Both the position numbers and the translations under genes were made by a program. A model generated the notes under the pieces. It ran no database searches. It saw only the letters and a program-made list of their open reading frames with translations, and was not told where the DNA came from. Shown piece after piece: positions 1 through 7,226 of a DNA stretch of 64,000 nt (the first letter of the stretch is position 1; every line of letters starts with the position of its first letter). This DNA is from Francisella tularensis subsp. holarctica (GTDB lineage Bacteria > Pseudomonadota > Gammaproteobacteria > Francisellales > CACEW01), in contig CAMARA010000003.1 of the NCBI GenBank assembly GCA_945860585.1, forward strand, positions 368 to 64,367. The letters are read 5' to 3'.

Positions 1-165
1 CACGAACAGAAGAAATGCGCGAACCTCCTGTTCGCCTAATTCAGAGGGACACTTCTTGTAATACGCCGCCAGGTTAGTCACGGCTCGCAAGTACTGGAAT
101 TGCGTCCCAAGGGCCATATTCCTTAAGATCATCTCTTCCTTCATTTTATTGCGTAACTTTGTCAT
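1..165 (-). CDS. Tyrosine recombinase/integrase, N-terminal SAM-like domain. Partial: the gene continues beyond the window edge.
   Basis: The reverse strand reads ATG at 165-163 and is open to position 1: MTKLRNKMKEEMILRNMALGTQFQYLRAVTNLAAYYKKCPSELGEQEVRAFLLFV. This looks like the N-terminal core-binding domain of XerC/D-like phage integrases. It is absent from the ORF track because the visible part is only 55 aa. Confidence 0.5.
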   Translation of the reverse strand, partial: MTKLRNKMKEEMILRNMALGTQFQYLRAVTNLAAYYKKCPSELGEQEVRAFLLFV

Positions 166-340
166 AATGCTCGCTCCTGTTTGATTGGTTTGTGATTGCA
201 AAACCACACAAACAAACAGGAAGGCTCTGCTTCTTGTTTGTAATGAGGTTTCACAACTACATTATCCAACAGAGCAGAGCACTTTATACGATATATTTTG
301 TTTTGTTAGATCTAAATACTCCAGAGTAATAATTGTTGCG

Positions 341-1255
341 CTAGCAACTTAGTTCAATACTGTTTTTCAAAAGCTGAAAAACATCCAAGTGATAGCTCAC
401 CATGATTGCGACAGACCCAAAAACTATTAACATCATAAGACTAGGGGATAAAAAGCTTTTATACGGATTTTTTGCTAAACTTATACAATGCATACGACCA
501 GAAAAAATCAACCGCTCAAGTAAAATTAGATCACATTCTATTTGATCAAAATCACTGCCATACAACCCTGCACTGTTAGACGTAAGCTCTATGAGCGGCT
601 TAACACCTTTCTCAGACGGCACCTTGATCTGCACAAATGGCACCTTATCTACCATATTTTTTAGTGCCTTCATGGCTTCAGGCTCGATTGTAGCCAAGCC
701 ATAAAAAGTAGCCGTTTCTTGTAGTTGATTTAACTTCTTAGTTGCTCTTTCCAAATCAAATTGTAGCACCTCTCCTAAATTGCAAAAATCCTCTTCTTTT
801 CGAGATCGAGATGTAGAAAAGTTTTTTAAAACTCTCATTTTTTGCGTACATGTTGAATCGCTAACCTTTGACTTATCTAATATTTCAAAAAATTTATTTT
901 TAAAGTTAGTGATTTTCTGCATCTTAATCATCTCCTCATTAAATTTTTCCTTCAAAGAAAATAAATAAGAACGAAAAGCGCTTATCTCCAAATATATGGC
1001 CTGTAGAGATTCCATTTTTTTTCTTGACTTTGGAATAAAATCTATAAAAAAAGATAAAATAACACCAGAAATAACACCTATAAGCATTTCTCTTGCCATG
1101 TCACCTAACTTAAAGACAACCAAAATAGCAAATAATAGAATAAAAGAGAGTGCCAAAAAAGGTTTTGCTTTTATCTCTTCCAAATAATAACCAATACGCG
1201 CGAATTCCCTGCTTAAATTACGGAAAACCTTCTTCCATCTGTAAACAAAATTCAT
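341..1255 (-). CDS. Hypothetical membrane protein, AT-rich island cargo
   Basis: 304-aa ORF with hydrophobic segments near the N-terminus (FLALSFILLFAILVVF, LIGVISGVILSFFIDFI) and the C-terminus (LMMLIVFGSVAIMVSY). It is very AT-rich compared with the flanking genes. I recognise no family. Confidence 0.5.
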   Translation of the reverse strand: MNFVYRWKKVFRNLSREFARIGYYLEEIKAKPFLALSFILLFAILVVFKLGDMAREMLIGVISGVILSFFIDFIPKSRKKMESLQAIYLEISAFRSYLFSLKEKFNEEMIKMQKITNFKNKFFEILDKSKVSDSTCTQKMRVLKNFSTSRSRKEEDFCNLGEVLQFDLERATKKLNQLQETATFYGLATIEPEAMKALKNMVDKVPFVQIKVPSEKGVKPLIELTSNSAGLYGSDFDQIECDLILLERLIFSGRMHCISLAKNPYKSFLSPSLMMLIVFGSVAIMVSYHLDVFQLLKNSIELSC

Positions 1256-1271
1256 TTTATTCCTCCTAAGT

Positions 1272-2459
1272 TCAATTTTTATCTCTAAGCTGCGTTAGAT
1301 AATCCCCCCAAGCCTGCATCATCCGCCTCCTCTCAGGCAAATACTCCGCATAATTATAAGTCGCCCGAATCTTATCCCGCTCACCATGCGCAAGCTGGCG
1401 TTCAATCGCATCACGATTCCAGCCCTGCTCATTGAGCAAAGTCGAAGCCATTGACCGAAAGCTATGACTAGTGATCTCATCGTTCGTATAACCCATCCTA
1501 CGCAAGGCGCAATTGAGGGTATTGTCAGACATGGGGCGATCAAGATAGCGAATGCCGGGAAAAAGATACTTTCCTCCGCCTGTCAGCGGCCTCAATTCTT
1601 CCAGTATCGCAATCGCTTGCGTGGACAGGGGTACAATATGCATCTCGCGCATTTTCATTTTTTCGGCAGGGATTCGCCATTCTTTGGTTTCAAAGTTGAA
1701 CTCTGACCATTCGGCTTGCCTCAACTCTCCAGGGCGTACGAAGAATAACGGAGCTAAGCGCAATGCACAGCGTGTGGCAAAATAGCCCTTGTATTCATTG
1801 ATGGCTCGCAGAAGGTGGCCGATTTCTGTTGGATCGGTGATGGTGGGGAAGTGGCGCTTTTCTTCTGGTGCCAGGGCTCCGCGTAAATCGGCGGCGATAT
1901 CTCGTTGTGCTCTGCCTGTTGCAAGGGCGTAACGGAAGACTTTTCCGCAATGCTGTAGCGTACGATGCGCAACGCCTAAGGCGCCCCTTGCCTCGACTCT
2001 ACGGACTACGCTTAAGAGTTCTGGCGCGGTGATATCAGTGATCGGGCGCTTGCCCAGCCAGGGAAAGACATTCTTTTCTAAACGACCCATGATCTTTTTG
2101 GCGTGCTTTTCTGTCCACGTGGATAAAAACTTGATATGCCATTCACGAGCAATCGTTTCAAAATTATTTTCAGCGGCGAGCAGCAAGGCGTCTTTAGAGC
2201 TTTTTTTGGCTGCAATGGGGTCGATGCCTGAAGCTACCAGTTTACGTGCTTGATCGCGCTTTTCCCTCGCCTCTGCCAGCTTAACATCGGGATATACCCC
2301 TAAAGCAAGTAGCTTTTCTTTTCCCAGGAAGTAATATTTCAAACGCCAATACCTGGAACCGTTTGGGTGGACAAGGAGGAACAAGCCTTTTTCGTCTGAA
2401 AGTTTGTAGGCTTTCTCCAGAGGCTTGGCATTCCGTATAATCAAGTCATTGAGTGGCAT
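1272..2459 (-). CDS. int: P4-type (DUF4102 arm-binding domain) tyrosine integrase
   Basis: N-terminus MPLNDLIIRNAKPLEKAYKLSDEKGLFLLVHPNGSRYWRLKYYFLGKEKLLALGVYP is the typical P4/CP4-57 integrase arm domain. The C-terminal catalytic region contains HSFRSMAST and HGERDKIRATYN. I prefer the start at ATG 2459, which has GGAG 9 nt upstream, over the ORF-track start at 2507. The gene lies next to the 3' end of tRNA-Asn. Confidence 0.9.
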   Translation of the reverse strand: MPLNDLIIRNAKPLEKAYKLSDEKGLFLLVHPNGSRYWRLKYYFLGKEKLLALGVYPDVKLAEAREKRDQARKLVASGIDPIAAKKSSKDALLLAAENNFETIAREWHIKFLSTWTEKHAKKIMGRLEKNVFPWLGKRPITDITAPELLSVVRRVEARGALGVAHRTLQHCGKVFRYALATGRAQRDIAADLRGALAPEEKRHFPTITDPTEIGHLLRAINEYKGYFATRCALRLAPLFFVRPGELRQAEWSEFNFETKEWRIPAEKMKMREMHIVPLSTQAIAILEELRPLTGGGKYLFPGIRYLDRPMSDNTLNCALRRMGYTNDEITSHSFRSMASTLLNEQGWNRDAIERQLAHGERDKIRATYNYAEYLPERRRMMQAWGDYLTQLRDKN

Positions 2460-2523
2460 AGGGGTATCTCCATGTGCTGAGTTAAATTCTACCCCGCATT
2501 GTACCACTTTGCAAAGCGGATTT

Positions 2524-2614
2524 TGGTGAACTTACCTGAACGACTATGGACGATGATTTTGATGTACGCATTTATTTTAAAGGCTTTGATGAACTTTGGT
2601 GAACGTTACTGAAC
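2524..2614. repeat. Pair of 18-bp direct repeats between int and tRNA-Asn, candidate integrase arm-type sites
   Basis: tggtgaacttacctgaac (2524-2541) and tggtgaacgttactgaac (2597-2614). A related tgatgaac is at 2587-2594. Confidence 0.3.
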
Positions 2615-2621
2615 TAAAAAA

Positions 2622-2697
2622 TGGCTCCCCGAACTGGACTCGAACCAGTGACCCAATGATTAACAGTCATTTGCTCTACCAACTGAGCTATCGGGGA
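2622..2697 (-). tRNA. tRNA-Asn (anticodon GTT)
   Basis: The reverse complement reads TCCCCGATAGCTCAGTTGGTAGAGCAAATGACTGTTAATCATTGGGTCACTGGTTCGAGTCCAGTTCGGGGAGCCA. It has a 7-bp acceptor stem, a GTT anticodon in a CTGTTAA loop, GGTTCGAGTCC in the T-arm and an encoded CCA. Confidence 0.93.
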
Positions 2698-2713
2698 ATC
2701 AAGGCCTGCAATT

Positions 2714-3907
2714 CTAGCTAAAGCGGCCGGTTCTGTCAACAGGTTTATGCAAAAAAAAGATTTGTTCTAAAATGGCAGCGACTTCGGCGTGATGGACGGG
2801 ATGGCACTCGCCGAGGGGGTAGGTGTATTCTTGGTCGATATGAGCGAGAATGTCGGGGATCATCGCCGGGTGAAGCTGGTGGTCTGCGGGGTTGAGGCTG
2901 ACGCCGAGGCGTATTAAAAACTGACGGGTTTGTTCAATGGCTTGGAGGATGAGCTGGTCTTCATCCTGGGTGTGTAAATGCCAGACTTGCCGAGCATAGC
3001 GGACCAGTTTGCGGTGTTTCATGTGCTTTAAAGCGGTGAGCGTGGCGGGGAGGAGGAGGGCCATACTTTGGCCGTGGCTAATATCATAGAGGGCGGTCAG
3101 CACATGACTGATGCGATGGGCGGCGAAATCAGGCTGCATGCCGGCTTGGAGGTGGTCGTTCAGGGTGAGGCAGGCGGCCCACATCAAATGGCCGCGTGCA
3201 TTGAGATCGTTTGGGTTCTGAATGATCGCGGTGGCGGCTTCCATGATGGTGAAGATCAGGGCTTCAGCCTGGCGGTTTTGCAGGGGGGTATCATGATCAG
3301 TGGTGATGTATTGTTCGATGACGTGGGAGAAGGTATCGATAATGCCGTTTTGTAAATGCTTCCAGGGCAGCGTGAGGGTGACAGTGGGATCTAAAATGCT
3401 TAATTTTGGAAAAAGTGCATCCCCGCTAAAATCACGTTTTAATTCTAAACTCCGGCGGCTGATCACGCCCCAGCAATTCATCTCGCTGCCGGCGCCAGGA
3501 AGAGTGGGAATGCAAATATGCGGCAGGGCTGTTTTGACTAGAAAAGGCGTGGCGCTGAGGTCCCAGGGGTCGCCTTGTGTGCAGGCTGCAGCCGCGATAA
3601 ATTTACTGCCATCAATGACTGAGCCACCTCCTGCTGACACAATGATATTTAATTGGTGGGCGTGGATAAGCGGCAGGGCTTGGATCAGATAATCATAATC
3701 TGGATTGGGCTGAATGCCTCCAAATTGGACGACATGCACGCCTTGCAAAGCCTGCATGACTTGCGCATGCACTCCATTTTCCATCACGGCATCTTCATCA
3801 AAGGTAAATAAAATTCGGGCATCTGGCGGCAGATGCTCGCGTAACGCTGCAATTTTGCCTGCGCCAAACACAATACGCGTGGGATTGTAAAAATGAAAAG
3901 GCTTCAT
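2714..3907 (-). CDS. Iron-containing (group III) alcohol dehydrogenase family oxidoreductase
   Basis: 397 aa. MKPFHFYNPTRIVFGAGKIAAL, GGGSVIDGSKFIA and the His-rich metal-site region (HRISHVLTALYDISHGQS) are typical of Fe-ADH/YqhD-like enzymes. Confidence 0.85.
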   Translation of the reverse strand: MKPFHFYNPTRIVFGAGKIAALREHLPPDARILFTFDEDAVMENGVHAQVMQALQGVHVVQFGGIQPNPDYDYLIQALPLIHAHQLNIIVSAGGGSVIDGSKFIAAAACTQGDPWDLSATPFLVKTALPHICIPTLPGAGSEMNCWGVISRRSLELKRDFSGDALFPKLSILDPTVTLTLPWKHLQNGIIDTFSHVIEQYITTDHDTPLQNRQAEALIFTIMEAATAIIQNPNDLNARGHLMWAACLTLNDHLQAGMQPDFAAHRISHVLTALYDISHGQSMALLLPATLTALKHMKHRKLVRYARQVWHLHTQDEDQLILQAIEQTRQFLIRLGVSLNPADHQLHPAMIPDILAHIDQEYTYPLGECHPVHHAEVAAILEQIFFLHKPVDRTGRFS

Positions 3908-5295
3908 TAATACTTCTTGGGGCTCTTGCGACCACTGCGTTCCTGACGCGGGGTGAGCGTTTTATGCTTGTCTTTGTAAGGGTTGACCGAGGTTTTACAC
4001 TCGATACGCACCGGTGTCCCAATCAGTTTGAGATGTTTGCAGTAAAAGCGTTCTAGATATTTCAAATAACTGGAGGGCAGGCTGTCCAATTGATTGCCAT
4101 GAATCACCAGGGTTGGAGGATTGTGGCCGCCACAATGGACGTATTTCAGCTTGATGCGACGTCCGTGTACCATGGGGGGATTGTATTCGACGACGGCACG
4201 TTCCATCAGCTCTGTGAGCAGCGGCGTCGGCATATCCACCATGCTGGAGGCATAAGCGCGTTTCACCGCGTCAAAAAGCAGGCCGACATTCGTGCCATGG
4301 AGTGCAGAGATAAAAAAGGTTTCAGCGAAATCAACAAAGGCCATGCGGCGATCAATCTCATCTTTGACACTATTGCGTTGATCTTCGGTGAGGCCATCCC
4401 ATTTATTTACGGCAAAGACCAGGCTGCGACCGCTGGAGATCACAAAGTCTAAAAGATGCAAATCTTGATCGGTCAAGCCTTCGCTGGCATCGACTAAAAA
4501 AATGACCACATTGGCATCGGCAATGGCTTGCAGGGTTTTGATCACTGAGAATTTTTCAACCGTTAAATTAATGCGCCCGCGTCTTCTGACACCCGCTGTA
4601 TCAATCAAAGTGAATTCATCATTGAGATGGGTAAAGGGAATATACACACTGTCGCGCGTCGTGCCGGGCATATCACAGACAATCACGCGCTCTTCACCGA
4701 GCATGCGGTTGGTGAGCGTCGATTTTCCGACATTGGGGCGGCCGACGAGCGCGATTTTGATGCCGCGAATTTCTTCAGGATGATCAGAGTCTTCGATGTG
4801 CAGATCGCCCATTAGGGCTTCGGCTTTGTGCAGCATCGCTTGTAAATATTTTTTATGCGTAGCGGAGACGCCGATGGGTTCGCCGAGACCTAATTCATAA
4901 AATTCAGCCAGGGCCGTATTTTCGTTGACACTGTCTACTTTGTTCGCGACCAGAATAATGGGCTTGGCGGTTTTGCGTAGCATAGTTGTAATGGCTAAAT
5001 CTTCAGGCGTAATGCCGGCTTTGGCATCAACGACGAACAAAAGAATATCGGCCTCGAGAATGGCTGTTTTAGCGGCTTCGACAATAAAGTGGGCAATGCC
5101 ATCCGCCTCGGTGACCATGCCGCCAGTATCGATCAAAATAAAGGGGATGTCGCCAATCTTGACTTCGCCGTACTGGCGGTCACGTGTAACGCCGGGTTCA
5201 TCCGCAACCAGGGCCTGGCGGCTACGTGTGAGCACATTAAATAGGGAAGACTTGCCGACGTTCGGGCGGCCGATAATGGCCAAAGTAGGGATCAT
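3907..5295 (-). CDS. der: Ribosome-associated GTPase Der (EngA), two tandem GTPase domains
   Basis: Two G1 motifs (GRPNVGKSSLFN and GRPNVGKSTLTN), DTGG/DTAG and NKVD/NKWD motifs, and a C-terminal KH-like domain. Confidence 0.95.
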   Translation of the reverse strand: MIPTLAIIGRPNVGKSSLFNVLTRSRQALVADEPGVTRDRQYGEVKIGDIPFILIDTGGMVTEADGIAHFIVEAAKTAILEADILLFVVDAKAGITPEDLAITTMLRKTAKPIILVANKVDSVNENTALAEFYELGLGEPIGVSATHKKYLQAMLHKAEALMGDLHIEDSDHPEEIRGIKIALVGRPNVGKSTLTNRMLGEERVIVCDMPGTTRDSVYIPFTHLNDEFTLIDTAGVRRRGRINLTVEKFSVIKTLQAIADANVVIFLVDASEGLTDQDLHLLDFVISSGRSLVFAVNKWDGLTEDQRNSVKDEIDRRMAFVDFAETFFISALHGTNVGLLFDAVKRAYASSMVDMPTPLLTELMERAVVEYNPPMVHGRRIKLKYVHCGGHNPPTLVIHGNQLDSLPSSYLKYLERFYCKHLKLIGTPVRIECKTSVNPYKDKHKTLTPRQERSGRKSPKKY

Positions 5296-6467
5296 GACTG
5301 TCCTTTGATTTGGAGGGCGGTAATGCGGCCATCATTGCTGGTCACAATTAATGTATTGCCATTGTAAACAAGGGGCACTGCGCGGATGCCATCGCTGGAA
5401 ACATTGATGCGTGCCAATTCATGGCCATCATTCATTGCTAAAAAATGCACATAGCCCGCATAATCCCCGACAATCACCGTATTGCCCATCACCACGGGCG
5501 CGCTGACAAAGCGATACTGCAGGCTTTTTTGTTGCCAGAGAATTTGCCCGGTGCTTTCATCTACGCCATAGACAATGCCGGTTTCATCGGTCGCGAAAAT
5601 TTTGTTATTGGCGACGGCTGGGCCCTGGAAAGAAGATAATTTTTTCTGCCAGATGATTTGGCCGTTGGGCGCATTAATGGCGCTGAGACTGCCATGATAA
5701 GAGGTGGCAAAAATCGCGCCATTATCTTGAACGGGGGTGCCATCCAGATCCACTAGATTATTGACAATATCCGGACTGCTGGGAATGGCAACGGGGATCT
5801 GCCAGGTTTCTGTGCCCTGATATAAATCATAGGCGCCCATCTGGCCATTATCAAAACCGATATAAGCCGTGCCGTTGAAGATCAGCGGGCTGCTATTGCC
5901 ATACAGGCTTAAATTAGGAGAAGTATTATCGCTGGACCAGAGCATTTTGCCGGTATCGCTGGCAAAGGCTTCAACGGTTGAATTGTGCGCTTGAATCACC
6001 ACCGCATCGCTGACCGCCGCAGGGGCACCGAGAATGATACTGGGCAGGGCGACCTGCCATTGAATTTTACCGTTTTGCGTGCTGAGCGCGTACAGGGTGC
6101 CATCAGTCGTGCCGACAAAAATATCATCCGCATTTAAGGCCGGTATCGCACTCGTGTGTCCAGGGAGGCGCGTTTCCCAAATGAGCTGACCATTACTCGG
6201 ATTCATCAAAGCGACTTTACCATGATAGCCGGAGGTCACCAGCATATTGTTGTACAAAGCAGAGCCCAGTTTTAAATATTCTCCATCGGTGCCGACGGTG
6301 GGTTGGCGTGACCAAAGTGTTTTGATCTGAATTTCGCTGGGGACAATTTGTGATAAAGGTGTGGGCGGCGGCGTATTATCTTTGGTGCAGCCGATCATTA
6401 ATAACGTGCTGGCGAGACTGCCTGTCCAGATGGTCGTCTTGAGTGTACGACGGGAGAATAAAATCAT
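5292..6467 (-). CDS. bamB: Outer membrane protein assembly factor BamB (PQQ-like beta-propeller lipoprotein)
   Basis: Lipobox LLMIGC, repeated G-x-L/V-x-A-L/V-D/N-x-x-x-G-x-x-x-W propeller repeats, and the conserved yfgM-bamB-der gene order. Confidence 0.9.
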   Translation of the reverse strand: MILFSRRTLKTTIWTGSLASTLLMIGCTKDNTPPPTPLSQIVPSEIQIKTLWSRQPTVGTDGEYLKLGSALYNNMLVTSGYHGKVALMNPSNGQLIWETRLPGHTSAIPALNADDIFVGTTDGTLYALSTQNGKIQWQVALPSIILGAPAAVSDAVVIQAHNSTVEAFASDTGKMLWSSDNTSPNLSLYGNSSPLIFNGTAYIGFDNGQMGAYDLYQGTETWQIPVAIPSSPDIVNNLVDLDGTPVQDNGAIFATSYHGSLSAINAPNGQIIWQKKLSSFQGPAVANNKIFATDETGIVYGVDESTGQILWQQKSLQYRFVSAPVVMGNTVIVGDYAGYVHFLAMNDGHELARINVSSDGIRAVPLVYNGNTLIVTSNDGRITALQIKGQS

Positions 6468-7099
6468 GAAGTGCTTCCTATGCTATTGAGTCGTTCGATC
6501 GCCATTTGTGTGACCAGTGGGTCATTTTTAGATTGATTAATTGCCATGGTGAAATTTTGCTTGGCAAGAGCGAGATCACTGAGTTGTAAATACGCTTCGC
6601 CGCTTAAAAGCGCATAGGGCCCGGCAAAACCCAGGGGCGGATTTTTAAGGACATTGATCGCCATTTTGGGATTATTTTCTGCCAGCAGAACGCGTGCCAG
6701 GCGTAAGGTAATAATCGGCGTTAAGGTATTGTGATGATTGTTTGCCAGTGTCTTTTTTAAAAGCGTTTCAGCCTGAGGCAAGTCATTCTGCTGTACGGCA
6801 ATACTGGCAAGCGTTAACTGAGCCATAGACGCATAGACCGTGCCGCCGTAGTTTTGAACCAGGCTCTGGCTTTCTGCAGAAATACTGGCGATGCTGGCGC
6901 CATTTTGCATGCTTTTTAAAATGGCTGCATAGGCGAGGGAAGCATTTTGATTGACGGTGTTTTCATGCTTTTGGATCGCATTGTAAATGCCAAAGGCTAG
7001 AGCGATTGCAATCAAAACCACAATAAATAGGGTGCTGTATTTTTTAAGAAAATTTTTGACTAAATCAGCGCGATCCTGGTCATTGAGTTCATATTCCAC
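6464..7099 (-). CDS. yfgM: YfgM-like TPR membrane protein (ancillary SecYEG translocon subunit family)
   Basis: 211 aa with one N-terminal TM segment (LFIVVLIAIALAFGIY) followed by TPR-like helices. It sits directly upstream of bamB-der, as in many gammaproteobacteria. Confidence 0.7.
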   Translation of the reverse strand: MEYELNDQDRADLVKNFLKKYSTLFIVVLIAIALAFGIYNAIQKHENTVNQNASLAYAAILKSMQNGASIASISAESQSLVQNYGGTVYASMAQLTLASIAVQQNDLPQAETLLKKTLANNHHNTLTPIITLRLARVLLAENNPKMAINVLKNPPLGFAGPYALLSGEAYLQLSDLALAKQNFTMAINQSKNDPLVTQMAIERLNSIGSTS

Positions 7100-7226
7100 G
7101 GCGAATTATCCTCTTGAAAGAAAAAGTGCTGCAAGTGTACCATCAAATCACATGTTTGTCTAAGAGCAGGTTGCTGGAAACGCGCTGAGGAATCAGGATT
7201 CGCGCGGTCATTTGTCGCAGCCAGAT

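Noticed and set aside
176-300. Imperfect palindromes between the partial recombinase gene and the 304-aa gene (cctgtttg...caaacagg; gctctgc...gcagagc) as a terminator or att site
   Set aside because: The stems are interrupted and the loops are long (about 40 nt). There is no T-tract and no similarity to the tRNA-Asn 3' end. The evidence is too weak to call.
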